Positions 45,501-54,923 of a stretch of DNA of 64,000 nt are shown one piece after another (positions within the stretch are counted from its first letter, which is position 1; each line of letters begins with the position of its first letter). The position numbers and the translations under genes were made by a program. Under the pieces are notes generated by a model. That model had not been told where the DNA came from. It saw only the letters and a program-made list of their open reading frames with translations, and did not search any database. The stretch comes from a virus (taxonomy: Duplodnaviria; Heunggongvirae; Uroviricota; Caudoviricetes). Location of the stretch: IMG/VR virus record IMGVR_UViG_3300043399_000676. The stretch is one strand, 5' to 3'.

Positions 45501-48500
45501 TGTAGAGAAAACGATGCAGTTGTATTAGTTGTTACTGCGATAGTTCCTGATACTGGTCCAGTAAAGTCGTTTGAATCGACTGAGTTACCAGTTATTGATC
45601 TAACTGCCCAATACAAGTTAGTATTGCTTATGTTACCTAATGCTAAGTTAAAGACAATAGGAGTTGTATCATTCTCAGATATTGATGTCACTGACGGTGT
45701 AATTACAACAGTTACATCACTTAATGTGAATGAAGGTCCTGTTGCGACTTTGTTTGTAAACCCAGAATCAGTGAACAACTCGACCACATAAACTTCTGCG
45801 CCCTCTAGCGGAGAAGTAGTCTTATCATATGAAGAAGTTATGGTAAGTTTATCTGAGCCAGTTGTTACAAATGACCCACTTGTCTGTGTAAAATCGCTGG
45901 TAGCAAGAGTACCAGTGGTTGCTCTTAGTCTCCAATATATAGTTGTTCCGTTATTGACCCCAGCAAGAGCGACATTATATCTAATCCATTCACCTTCTTT
46001 TATTGTAGAAGTTCCAGATGAAGATGTGTCGAATGTTAGAGCATAAACCACATCAGTTATTGTAACTTGACTACTTTCTGCAAGCAACGTTCCGCCTTTT
46101 GCAGTATACAATTCGATCTTGAATCTTTCGTCACCTTCTACGTTTTGTGCTGTTAAGTCTCTTACAATTGATCTAGTCAACGTATAAGTTGAGGAAGATA
46201 ATGTGAATGTACCCTCTATTGCACCGTCACTAAAGTCTGCACCATTGACTGTTCCTAAAGTAGGTACTAATCTCCAATATACGGATGTCCCAATAGAAAC
46301 GCCAGATGTTGCTATCTCAAAGTCTACAGATTCACCTTCCTTAACTGTAAGTGTACTTGGAGTAATAGAATAGGTAACATCTGTTATTGACACTGGACTA
46401 GAAGTTACTAACACAAATCCGTCTTGTGTTTTAATATCCATCACAAACTGCTCGGTACCCTCTGAAGAAAGATCATATGCAATTGTCTTGTTCACAACAC
46501 CAGTACTATTCGAAATAGTTACATTACCTGTCAATATTCCGTCAGTAAAGTCAGAAGATGTAATTGAACTTCCATTGTGGCCTCTTATTTCCCAAATAAG
46601 ATTTGCACCAGTTGTTATATTAGTTGCAGAAATGTCAAATCTAACATTTGCACCTTCCTTTACAGTCAAAGTAGAAGGAGTTACTGTCGCAACAACGTCC
46701 TTGATAGTAATGACCGCCGAATTCGCAAAAACTGTACCTGAAGTACTTCCAGTTCTGATCTGCACTCTAAAGGTTTCATCATTTTCAACTAACAAATCAT
46801 TTGCCATATTGATTGTGAACGTACCCATTCCTGAGTTAGCCCAGAATGAACCAGAGTTTATTCCATTTCTAAAATCAGATGAATCGACGTTTGCACCAAT
46901 TACAGTCCAATACAACTGAGTATTTGCTAAGTTGGTTGCGTTAACAGTACAGTTAAAGCTGCTTCCTTCTGCTACCGTGATAGGTGTAGTTGGTGATACA
47001 ACAATGCTTGACGTATCGAGTATGGTGACAACCGTGTTTGCAAGAACCGAATTTGCAAGGTTCTTCAATCTAAAGTTAATCTGTTCAGTCCCTTCTAACT
47101 GTGCATCGTTAGATATGGTTTTGAGAACTGTTCCAGTTCCTCCATTGATCGTAACATTACCTGACAGTCCACCTACCACATCATTAATGTCACCACCTGG
47201 ATATAAGCTGTTGAACGGTTCTATATCCCAGTTTAGCACTGTGCCATTCGCTACATTAGTTGCAGTTATATTAAATGTTAAGACGTTACCTTCTGTGACA
47301 GGATTTGGAGTACCCACTACCGAATAAGAAGAGGCACTCTGTGAAGTATCATTAATGGTTATCTCGACAGATTGACCTATAATCTGAACATCACTCTCAT
47401 TTCTTCTGAGTTCAACTTTAAATTTCTCTGTAGTTGGTTCAGTTAGATTATCCGCAGTCACAGTAACTGAGAAAGTTCCTGTATTATTGCTTACACTCAC
47501 TGTGCCCTGAGTTGCTGAAAAGTCTCCGGGTAAAATGTTATCAGTTGTCCCTACTACTTTCCAATATAAGGTAGTTGCGGGTGATGCTGCCAAGCCAGTT
47601 GTAGTAACAGTAAATGTAACTGCGTTGCCTTCATCAACAGCATTGCCTACCGCATTGTGTGTAATAGCACAAGTAAATGCATCAGTGATGGTAATAGTAT
47701 TTGTTGATGTTATACCAGTCGTTGCACTTGCAGTTGCCTTTAATCTTACCTTAAACGTTTCTGCGCCTTCAGTTAACAACTCATCTCTAATTGTCAATGT
47801 GATTGGGGTAACTGCCGAGTTTGATTGTATTGTGACTGAACCACTTGTTGCAGTAGTGAAGTCATAATTTACAAGACCAGTTGATGCGTCTGTGATATCC
47901 CAATAATAAACAGTACCATCTGCTACGTTAGTCGTTGTAACTGCTACTGTTAAGGTTTGGCCCTCTGCAATAGTAGTTGCACTTGGTGTGAGTGTAAAAG
48001 AAATATCACGCAGTGTTACTTCTGCACTTTCTGCAAGTGGGTTATTCGAAGAATCTTTCAGAATGAGTTTAAAAGTTTTATCACCTTCAACCGCATTGTT
48101 AATTGAGGCAATCTTTGTTACTCTGCCCTGATCTCCTACTACCTTTACTGTTCCTGTCAATGCAGTTTCAGTAAAATCAGATCCTATGGCAGTCCCTGTA
48201 ATCTCCCAATTAAAGGTAGTATTATCAGGAACATTAGTGGTGAACACATCAAAATTGACTGTTTCACCTTCTTTGATTGTTAGCGCACTTGGCACAACTG
48301 AGTAACCAACGTCTCTAATAGAAACGTATTCACTAGTTGCAATAACCGGACCTGAATGACTTCCTGTCCTTATTTGAATTGCAAAGTTCTCTGTTCCTTC
48401 AGCCGATCCGCCATCAACCACCGCAGTTCTATCAATGTAGAAAATATTAGTTGATGTAAATGTGAATGTCCCAGTTAATGTGTTGTCCGTAAAGTCTGCA

Positions 48501-51500
48501 TCCGCAGTTGTACCTATTGTTGTCCAATATAAAGTCGGAGTTGTTGCAAAGTTTGTTGTCCTTACTGTAAATCTAACAACTTCACCTTCTCGTATAACAC
48601 TCTTATTGGCTGTAATCGTAACTGCACTAGTGTCGGCGACATTAATCTTTGGACTAGTGTAGATAATTCCGCCATTTTGAACTGGCCTTAAGTTAATGTA
48701 GAAATGTTCTTGACCTTCTTCAATCAAGTCGTTAAGAATTGGAACAGAGAACGTTGCAGTACCCGAACCATTAATAGTTATACTTCCCGATAATACAGAG
48801 GGTGAAAAATCATTTGCTATTGTAGTTCCAACGACATCCCAGTAATAAACTCTTCCAGCAGGTACGTTAGTAGTTGTAACAGTTGCAACAATAGTGTCAC
48901 CTTCGTTGACGCTAATTGTACCGTCTGCTCCTGTTCCCTTGTCCAAACTAACAACCACAACCTCTGGGTAAACAGAAGTATCTATTATTGAGACTAACGA
49001 ACTGGTTCTAAGGATTGGACCAGTTCTTGAATCTCTTCTTACCTGTAGGAAAAATGTCTCAGTTCCCTCAGTTCTAAGGTCAGAAACTACAGCTAAGGTA
49101 ACCTTTCCTTTATTTCCTAAAATTTCTACTTCACCTGCAGGTTCTTGCAAACCAAAGTCAGCAATATCAACCATCCCACCTAATGTCCAATAGAAAATAG
49201 TTCTATCTGCTACACCAGTTGTGGTGATATCAAATGTAATAGAACTTCCTTCTGAAACAGTAGTCGGATTTGCAATCAACGTAGTTGTACTGTCTGTTAT
49301 AAAAATCTCTGGTGATGTTGCTAAACTGATCGTGTCCGTCGGGGCAGCAAGAAGATTCAAGAAAAATGACTCTGATCCTTCTTGGATATAGTCCTTAAAC
49401 GTAGTTAGATTAATTGTACCTTTGTTATTTGAAACTAGTACACTTCCTGAAATTGCACTAGAAAAGTCATTCGCATCAACAGTGCCTGTAGCCGCAGTTA
49501 TTTTCCAGTAAAATGTAGTTGGAATAGTCAGGTTTGTAGTATTAACTGTAAATGTTATTACGTCACCTTCATTAACTGTAGTAGCCGAAGGAACAATTTG
49601 ATATGTTGGGCTGGAAAGTGAAGTATCATTGACTGTAACTTCTTGACTTGTAGCCAAAACTGTCTTAGACAAGGCAGAAGCTGTCAATTCAATTACAAAT
49701 TTTTCAACTCCTTCTGTTAGCGAGTCAGGTCTGACAGTAAGTTGAAATGAACCTGCACCTTCATAAGTAGGCGCATTAGTGTACTCAATCAAAACTTCAC
49801 CTGAATCAACGTTCTCTACGAAATCTGCTTTGTCAACCGATCCTTGTACTGAACGTATCTTCCAATATAGATTTCCTTCAGGTACATATTGAGTAACTAC
49901 ATTGAAAGTAATAGTTGAAGTGCTTTCGTTGAATGAGGTCGCCGATGCAGCAATGGAGTAAAAAGGATCATTGACTGAAGAATCAACGATAGAAACAATT
50001 GTACTTGATAACACTAAGCTTCCAATTGAATATGTCGGAGAGGTATAAATCTTCAATACAAACCTTTCAACTCCTTCAGTAGTTCCATCTGCCTTAATAG
50101 CGCGAACAATTGATGCTTTATCACCAATTACGTTTACTGTTCCAGTTAGTGTATCGTCACTAAAGTCGCCAGCTAGCGGAGTCTTATCATTAATATTTCC
50201 AGTCGCTTCGACTCTCCAATACAATGGAGTTTGATCTGCTACGAATGCTGTCAATACGTTGAAGGTTACCGTTGCTCCCTCATTCACAACTGTAACGTTT
50301 GGAGTAACAGAAATGTAATTTGGCAAATTCTTGGATGTATCAACAACTGTAATTTCTTGACTTGTTGCAACTACTGGACCAGACACTGAACCTGTTCTAA
50401 GTTGAACTGTAAATGTTTCAGTACCTTCAGTTTTTAAGTCAGTTAGTAGTTGTCTAGTAAACGTACCTGTGTTATTAGTAATAGAAACATTTCCAGATGC
50501 CGATTGATCTGTAAAGTCATCTGCACCTGCTGTACCTAATACAGTCCAATATAATGTTCCGCTTCCAAAGTTGGTGGTTGTTACGTTAAAGTTTACTGTT
50601 CCTCCCTCATTTACAGAAACAATATCTGCGACTACTGCATAAGTCGGAGGTGTCAACGAAGTATCTACAACTGTGACGTTTGTGGAATATGCTTTTACCT
50701 GAGCAGATGGATTTACATTAGGATCTTCTGCATACAGATTTACTCTGAAAATCTCTGTCCCTTCAGAGCTAAGGTCTCTTGATAGAGTTCTTGAGAACGT
50801 TCCTTTTCCTAATGTATCAATTACAACTGTCCCAGTTAAAGTAGAATCAACGAAGTCCGCAGCTTCGATTGTTCCGCTTACTGGAATAACAGTCCAATAT
50901 AATGTAGTACCTGCAAGAACTTGTGTAGTTGTCACTTCAAAGATTGCGGTACTTCCTTCATTCATACTAGTCAATATTGGACCACCCAAACTGCCAGAGA
51001 CACGAAGGTCATATGTCGCAGGAGTAAGAGAAGTATCGTTTATAACAATTGGACTGGAGGTTGCAACTATTCTCCCCGAGATTGAACCAGTTCTAACTTG
51101 AATTCTAAAGTTTTCATTTCCCTCAGTAGTAACGTCTGCATTAGTTGTTATGGTAAAACTACATTGATTGTTGATAACCGATGAAGTGTATCCAGTTGAA
51201 AAGTCTGCATTTGATACAGTTCCCAAAGGTGTCCAATACAATGCAGTTCCATTCTCAAGATTAGTTGTGTTAACTTCTGCAATGATTGTCGATCCTTCAT
51301 CCATCTCAACAATACCATAGGCTTTGCCAGTCATTGATCCTGAGGCAGTTGTGAGTGTTTTTACTGATCCACCTTGTGTATCAGAAATCTTGAATTTTGT
51401 TTCTGAGACGATGGAATGGACATAATAAGTGGTAGCTAATAGTACTCCACCAAACACAGTTCCAGTAAATTCTATAGGACCATTTTCTACCATGTTCGCA

Positions 51501-52858
51501 GTAGAACTACAGGTAAATGTATGGTCGGATGAGCTTGATGCAGTAATTGTAAGTGGTTTGTATACAAATAGCTGGAAAGTCGGTTCGACTGCTGCACCTG
51601 CTGTAATAGTTTGTGCAGAAGTTAACGGATTAACAGTTACGTTCGTACTAATTGGTCTTAGCTGAGAAATTTTGCTAGTAAGAATTCCAGTATTGTTCTC
51701 ATCTGGCAATCCTCCCACTGGCATTACATAATCGTCAATCGCACTAATAGTAAGAATTACTTGGGTATTATCTGCACTCTTTCTTGCGTAAACTTCAAAC
51801 CTATTACCTGGATAAAATCCAGTTGGATCTTCTGTCTTTAGGAAAAGCTGGTTACTAGTTGTTAAATCTTCCCAACCCAAACCATATACTGTTACGTTTG
51901 GATCTGATACATTTGCATATGTAGTGTCGGAGTAATTTATAGAAATAACACCGGTCGCATCATACATTGCGTTCCATGCGTCATTTTTTGGTCTTTCATC
52001 ATTACCAGTTCTAGATACATCAATTAAAAGTTTCCCGCCTGCATTAAAAAAGTATCTTAGATTCTGTGCTGACCCATCGCCTAACGTGCTTCCAGTAATT
52101 GTTACAGTATGTGTTAGTGTACCGTTCCATGCAAGATTTTGAGTTGCTACTGCAAGTAACTCTGACTGCAATTCAGTAGGATCGGCATCTAACCTATCTT
52201 GGTCTAAGAAGTCTGCAAAGCTTTGATATTGTGCTAGGATCTCATCAGAAACTTCAATTCCTGAAGAAATCACTGCTAGATCCTGTCCTGTGTTTCCTGT
52301 ACCGCTTCCAATAGTTATACCTATTTGATGCTGTCTGGCTTTAACCATGTCAGATCGCAAATTATTCCATTGCAAACTGCTAATGTTTGAATTTTGTGCT
52401 AATGGTGCTGATCTTACTGTTTGACCGTATCCCCTGCTACCTGAACCTTGTCCTAAGACTGCTCCTACTTTAATTGCAATTGCGTTAAAGTCTTCAACTG
52501 CGATTGCATCCACTGTCGAAACATACTTAACTTGAAGTATTGCTCCAGCAACTGGCAACGTACCAGACACATAAGTTACTGGTACAGTATAATATGTAGT
52601 GTTATTAACTGCAGGACCAGACAATTCAAACAATATAATGTTTGTTCCGTCTGTTATGTATACCTTTCCATAATCTGGTGGTGTACCTGTTGCCCCAAAA
52701 GTAGCAAGAACAGAACCATTCGAAAGTCCAGTGTTATCTTTCTCATTTATGTACAAAGATGTAACATCTGCAATCGTTGTATCATCGAATCTTAGTGATC
52801 CATTTGTTCCTATTCCTGCTGCTGTTGATGCGCTAAAAGTATATTTTAATACGGCCAT
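39515..52858 (-). CDS. 4447-aa giant virion fibre with tandem Calx-beta/Ig-like repeats and glycine-rich C-terminus
   Basis: Dozens of ~105-aa units (V.EG..V.F.V.T...GT.LYW....DF...G....D...EG.E.F...L); C-terminal GAGGG tracts. Confidence 0.85.
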   Translation of the reverse strand: MAVLKYTFSASTAAGIGTNGSLRFDDTTIADVTSLYINEKDNTGLSNGSVLATFGATGTPPDYGKVYITDGTNIILFELSGPAVNNTTYYTVPVTYVSGTLPVAGAILQVKYVSTVDAIAVEDFNAIAIKVGAVLGQGSGSRGYGQTVRSAPLAQNSNISSLQWNNLRSDMVKARQHQIGITIGSGTGNTGQDLAVISSGIEVSDEILAQYQSFADFLDQDRLDADPTELQSELLAVATQNLAWNGTLTHTVTITGSTLGDGSAQNLRYFFNAGGKLLIDVSRTGNDERPKNDAWNAMYDATGVISINYSDTTYANVSDPNVTVYGLGWEDLTTSNQLFLKTEDPTGFYPGNRFEVYARKSADNTQVILTISAIDDYVMPVGGLPDENNTGILTSKISQLRPISTNVTVNPLTSAQTITAGAAVEPTFQLFVYKPLTITASSSSDHTFTCSSTANMVENGPIEFTGTVFGGVLLATTYYVHSIVSETKFKISDTQGGSVKTLTTASGSMTGKAYGIVEMDEGSTIIAEVNTTNLENGTALYWTPLGTVSNADFSTGYTSSVINNQCSFTITTNADVTTEGNENFRIQVRTGSISGRIVATSSPIVINDTSLTPATYDLRVSGSLGGPILTSMNEGSTAIFEVTTTQVLAGTTLYWTVIPVSGTIEAADFVDSTLTGTVVIDTLGKGTFSRTLSRDLSSEGTEIFRVNLYAEDPNVNPSAQVKAYSTNVTVVDTSLTPPTYAVVADIVSVNEGGTVNFNVTTTNFGSGTLYWTVLGTAGADDFTDQSASGNVSITNNTGTFTRQLLTDLKTEGTETFTVQLRTGSVSGPVVATSQEITVVDTSKNLPNYISVTPNVTVVNEGATVTFNVLTAFVADQTPLYWRVEATGNINDKTPLAGDFSDDTLTGTVNVIGDKASIVRAIKADGTTEGVERFVLKIYTSPTYSIGSLVLSSTIVSIVDSSVNDPFYSIAASATSFNESTSTITFNVVTQYVPEGNLYWKIRSVQGSVDKADFVENVDSGEVLIEYTNAPTYEGAGSFQLTVRPDSLTEGVEKFVIELTASALSKTVLATSQEVTVNDTSLSSPTYQIVPSATTVNEGDVITFTVNTTNLTIPTTFYWKITAATGTVDANDFSSAISGSVLVSNNKGTINLTTFKDYIQEGSESFFLNLLAAPTDTISLATSPEIFITDSTTTLIANPTTVSEGSSITFDITTTGVADRTIFYWTLGGMVDIADFGLQEPAGEVEILGNKGKVTLAVVSDLRTEGTETFFLQVRRDSRTGPILRTSSLVSIIDTSVYPEVVVVSLDKGTGADGTISVNEGDTIVATVTTTNVPAGRVYYWDVVGTTIANDFSPSVLSGSITINGSGTATFSVPILNDLIEEGQEHFYINLRPVQNGGIIYTSPKINVADTSAVTITANKSVIREGEVVRFTVRTTNFATTPTLYWTTIGTTADADFTDNTLTGTFTFTSTNIFYIDRTAVVDGGSAEGTENFAIQIRTGSHSGPVIATSEYVSIRDVGYSVVPSALTIKEGETVNFDVFTTNVPDNTTFNWEITGTAIGSDFTETALTGTVKVVGDQGRVTKIASINNAVEGDKTFKLILKDSSNNPLAESAEVTLRDISFTLTPSATTIAEGQTLTVAVTTTNVADGTVYYWDITDASTGLVNYDFTTATSGSVTIQSNSAVTPITLTIRDELLTEGAETFKVRLKATASATTGITSTNTITITDAFTCAITHNAVGNAVDEGNAVTFTVTTTGLAASPATTLYWKVVGTTDNILPGDFSATQGTVSVSNNTGTFSVTVTADNLTEPTTEKFKVELRRNESDVQIIGQSVEITINDTSQSASSYSVVGTPNPVTEGNVLTFNITATNVANGTVLNWDIEPFNSLYPGGDINDVVGGLSGNVTINGGTGTVLKTISNDAQLEGTEQINFRLKNLANSVLANTVVTILDTSSIVVSPTTPITVAEGSSFNCTVNATNLANTQLYWTVIGANVDSSDFRNGINSGSFWANSGMGTFTINMANDLLVENDETFRVQIRTGSTSGTVFANSAVITIKDVVATVTPSTLTVKEGANVRFDISATNITTGANLIWEIRGHNGSSITSSDFTDGILTGNVTISNSTGVVNKTIAYDLSSEGTEQFVMDIKTQDGFVLVTSSPVSITDVTYSITPSTLTVKEGESVDFEIATSGVSIGTSVYWRLVPTLGTVNGADFSDGAIEGTFTLSSSTYTLTRSIVRDLTAQNVEGDERFKIELYTAKGGTLLAESSQVTITDVVYALTFDTSSSGTSTIKEGEWIRYNVALAGVNNGTTIYWRLRATTGTLATSDFTQTSGSFVTTGSDKLTITSSYDKTTSPLEGAEVYVVELFTDSGFTNKVATGPSFTLSDVTVVITPSVTSISENDTTPIVFNLALGNISNTNLYWAVRSITGNSVDSNDFTGPVSGTIAVTTNTTASFSLQMKVDSNSEGLEQFVVDVRLVDPSTGPVIATSPVISITDLAVSIIADKNLVREGENVKFTVNSSSNPTSTYFWSVRSTGANAVTSADFSSSMTGSITLVAGTGSFTLTPVVDTATNEVDNKFVVDLFNSSGGTLLVSSQEVTIGDVTVSSVASATTILEGDEVVFDITTTNLPSPTTLFWVANGGNITGSDFTDGKLSGSITVNNNIGTFSRRAALDNSNSETSETFTVSFYLGSATGTLLHTTEAVTILNRWLTITPSSTTVSEGGTLTFTLASQNIPNGTVVDWSVRGISTGITSADFGNGSTGNVQINSNAATFNLPIASDYSFEGTETFVVDATTTIAGTVINASTGTISITDVNYTITSNKTAIKENESVTFTVTTGTSVSSVYWKLRSVSGTVDGNDFAGAVEGTLNLTSGSGTITLTSIYDSSRENTESFVIDLYTSNPAGSGTLITLNAPCPTVTISDVNVVADPISAITVAEGEPLNVKFNTFGLTAGTTLYWEVVPTSGTVNGSDFVPNTLAGTFTVASDLTCTWTKQIAFDNQSDNNDKFRVDVRIGSASGTVIGSSPEVTMTDRSFSVTPSSATTVNEGDTVTFQISAANCDGLGYNWSLVKTGSTSSTLNLVDHVTGAVSGSGTFSGNSATVNVPVQFKADSINEGDMQVQLAVTVKNTQGTTVSPTVNSGVITVKNKSILIQTNKTAIAENESVTFTVTADTTLASVYWKVRTVSGTVNSGDFSTAIEGTLSLTNGTGAFTLTSAYDSSRENTESFVIDLYTSNPAGSGTLIPLSAPCPTVTISDVNVVEKQPVPTTVAEGDSFTLTFDTFGIAAGTTLYWKIEPTFGSLDKFDYVIEGLEGTFNVTTSSTVALTRQIKFDNDLEGNERFRVDVRIGSASGTVIGSSSDITIADRSIAITPNTATTVNEGDTVTFQLTATNCNATTYSWSLIKTGSTDASLNLTEHVTGAISGSGTFSGTPATVNIPITFKTDTVIEGDMQVQLRVTANNAQSVVMLPELTSGVITVKDTTIIVEPATVPSIKEGNSATITVRNSYASSWYWESTNTTDVTPTSGTLNFTNKAASFTLTALNDSLIEGSETLAVNLYTSQGGTLIRSITPITILDVTCAITPSVNTIYEGQTISFGIQTSNIDTSTPLYWYITGTTSGADLFDGVMAGTFNVNSSGAFTLTKVIATDLDTEVDETLYLNVKLNNASGTLIGTSPLVTVKNREIKVTSYTATAKEGETATYNLATTNIPNGTTVNWVITPGTTTLNSADFSPATLSGTTVVNSNAASVTVNLAYDNQVEIPEVYRFVASATVDGITYSTPPSFAVTSIQDVSMLVGSPTSVREGQSITFGLTTTNIPSGTTVYYTVRPTTGAGTVTPATLGLSSLKGTLVTSGTSGSLTFSLPYDWVKAAGDRKFVVDFRLGSDSNPVVATSAEVTILDVHVTIATDKDVYNEGETVNVTITTSNVPNATEYYWRILPDGAYAAPTIDDIAGNVLSGKIAINNQTFTGTLALVNDIVGDDTTYDTRLESFKIQLYLDAAMTVPITSAFTSTKTIVDTSYTTVTPSVDFVSEGSSVVFTVNVYGSPAYSGTLYWSTSTGVDKDDFGDKNINGEVSIVNGLGTITRTIAADRTTEGGENFFIYIRKNNITGPIIAVSSTVIISDTSITIYRGQGTSVSPTGQEFTLTTEAVNIAFNLVGAGGGAGSQDGGWFGGNGGAGGTWYAMAKLPATANTKRIRMKVGQGGGGGKTGREYVHAGVPVAGGYNIGGRGGAPGDTSGASSGGGGAGGGSTSVEYSTDNGLTWQPMLIAPGGGGGGGAGNSARIALDLNKNGNYTDANSALQNTLTLIQAGQEGDGQQNIVARYPILGSSIYDGGGGGGGGGAGGLGGKVEVIQTSSVDKDGNPVPGIYIVAPEEAGTGGLMGYHYFNNAISWETSRIKPVAGRSTGRIPAMGTTYGVGALANNSNDQNAGVSGVATFAWTTDLTEIPAPPAV

Positions 52859-52870
52859 GGTAATTTTTCT

Positions 52871-54085
52871 TTAGTGAATGATAACTATTGCTTCGACGGT
52901 GCCTTCCTCAGTTGAAAGTTTATCTGCCAAAGCACGACCTATTGAATTGAATGCATTTGCTTCGCCCTTGGCTGCTGCCCTAGCAAAGCCATTGCCTGCA
53001 CTCACCAGGCGGTCACCCTTCTTAATTGTTCCCTTAACTTTGACTTTGACTCGTCCACTGACTGCAACTGCTGGGTGAGTCTCATCTGTTCCTGCTCCAC
53101 TGTTCATTAAGTAAGCAGCAGTATTACTAATGACCCCAAACACATTATCACTAAGGTCATCAACCACCGCGGTGATTTCTTTCTCACCACCAAGCTCGAC
53201 TACTGTGCCCGGTTCATATATTGCATCAGATTCAAAACGTTCTGCTAAGTCAGCGTATGTTGCAGTTAGTCGTGATCCAGGAGTCAATCCCCAAATACCA
53301 GAAATACTACCGCCGCCAGTGAGTAGACTGGTTGTAACGCTAGTTGCTGTAATGTTTCCATTGAAACGCTGTCCCGCAGAATAACCTGTGCTGTTGCCGT
53401 TCAAATAAACATAAACATTTGAATCACTGTAATTTGATGGGTTATATGGTTGACCGTTTGCGTAGTAATAGTTTGGAGCAAACACACCACTTGGTGTTAG
53501 TCGAACATTTGACGTACCACCGGCAGTATTTGCAATCTGAATTGTATTGTTAACTGTCCATGTTCCAGTTAACGTGCCTGGTGTACCAACTGCGCCTGTT
53601 GAAATAATTGCAGTTTCAACTGCACCGATTACTGCATTAGTTGTAATATTCGCTGCATTTGCAACTAAACTTTCTGTTACTGTTGCAATTCTAACAGTAA
53701 TTGTGTCACCATTAAATGCATTCAGAGATCGAATATTATTCCCAGTGATATTTCCACTGACAATAATATTACCAAAGTTTGTGTCAGAGTATGCGTTTGT
53801 TGTAGTTACAACTAACCAAGACCCTGGATCAGTAGTACCATCAGCAGGACAAACTCTAAGCGTTCCATCGTTTGAGTTAAACCAAAGTTGTCCCTTTAAT
53901 GGATTTGAGGGGACATTTGCTCCTGCAAAATTTTCAAGGAGATGAACAAAGTTTGTGTCCAAAACTTGACCATAGCCTGCATAGTTTCTTCCAGGAAGAC
54001 CTAATGCTGTGCTTGTAGTGTCGATAGTACCGTCTTGTATCGTTGTTAACGTTGTACCATCGCTTCTAATTATCGTATACGCCAT
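52871..54085 (-). CDS. Tail/baseplate structural protein
   Basis: GRNYAGYG...NFVHLLENFA...GQLWF N-terminus; YADLAE...YEPGTVV...GRVKVKV C-terminus. Confidence 0.75.
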   Translation of the reverse strand: MAYTIIRSDGTTLTTIQDGTIDTTSTALGLPGRNYAGYGQVLDTNFVHLLENFAGANVPSNPLKGQLWFNSNDGTLRVCPADGTTDPGSWLVVTTTNAYSDTNFGNIIVSGNITGNNIRSLNAFNGDTITVRIATVTESLVANAANITTNAVIGAVETAIISTGAVGTPGTLTGTWTVNNTIQIANTAGGTSNVRLTPSGVFAPNYYYANGQPYNPSNYSDSNVYVYLNGNSTGYSAGQRFNGNITATSVTTSLLTGGGSISGIWGLTPGSRLTATYADLAERFESDAIYEPGTVVELGGEKEITAVVDDLSDNVFGVISNTAAYLMNSGAGTDETHPAVAVSGRVKVKVKGTIKKGDRLVSAGNGFARAAAKGEANAFNSIGRALADKLSTEEGTVEAIVIIH

Positions 54086-54128
54086 TTTAAGTTTGCTCCG
54101 CTAAGTGCTTTCAGTATTTATCACTACA

Positions 54129-54749
54129 TTACAATGTAACCAAGTTGGTCAATGATTGGATGCGGATTGTATAGTCGATTTGAAGTTGTCTGTTCAAGCT
54201 TTTTTGAACAGGATGAAAAACTGCATGACTAATTAGCCTTAGTTGTTCTCCACCTGCTGCATCTAATCCATAACTAACTAACAATCCAAGTTCATCAAAA
54301 ATATAATCAGATTCCATTTGAGTAGCATTGTCGAATGCTGCCTGTCCTGAAGGCTCACCATAATCTAAAAGACATTGAATGAGAATGTCAGTATAAACTT
54401 TTCCCACAGTGTGAGAAATAAGCATCTTGTTTCTAGTGGGGTCTAGATTCAAAACACTGGTATCGTCAATAACTTTTGAATAAGTTTGGTTATATAATGA
54501 GGCATTTTGCCCTATTGTATTTGTTGGCAAGTAAGTTATAATACCCGTTTCGTCTACACTTGATCCCCCATTACCAAATGCCATTCTGAATAGCTGCCCA
54601 TATCCTCTACTACTAAACGTAGATGCGATAGCTTCGCTTATATTCTCATAGTGAATGCCGTTATGTTGGTCAACAAAGACCTCATTGGTGTTAGGATCGC
54701 TGATTTTAAAGAATCCCTCGACCCCTAGTTTTATTGTGGAATTGCTCAC
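54129..54749 (-). CDS. Virion structural protein (baseplate region)
   Basis: FGNGG...LDYGEPSGQ...FDELGL...FHPVQKSLNR; GTG start with SD GAGG. Confidence 0.7.
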   Translation of the reverse strand: MSNSTIKLGVEGFFKISDPNTNEVFVDQHNGIHYENISEAIASTFSSRGYGQLFRMAFGNGGSSVDETGIITYLPTNTIGQNASLYNQTYSKVIDDTSVLNLDPTRNKMLISHTVGKVYTDILIQCLLDYGEPSGQAAFDNATQMESDYIFDELGLLVSYGLDAAGGEQLRLISHAVFHPVQKSLNRQLQIDYTIRIQSLTNLVTL

Positions 54750-54761
54750 GAATGTTCCTCT

Positions 54762-54905
54762 TTATTCATCACCTCGGATTTGAACGTACACTTCTTCATT
54801 ATTAGGATCAAAAATCTTGATTGCTGAAGAAAAATGTACGCCCGAAATCTCGTTTGGTTTAGTGTTTTGTACGTCTTTTGACTGCTGTTCAGGTTGATTT
54901 TCCAT
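54762..54905 (-). CDS. 47-aa hypothetical protein (not in ORF track)
   Basis: MENQPEQ...IKIFDPNNEEVYVQIRGDE resembles the next gene's N-terminus (FKISDPNTNEVFV); TAAATA upstream. Confidence 0.6.
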   Translation of the reverse strand: MENQPEQQSKDVQNTKPNEISGVHFSSAIKIFDPNNEEVYVQIRGDE

Positions 54906-54923
54906 ATTAATTATTTATCAATT

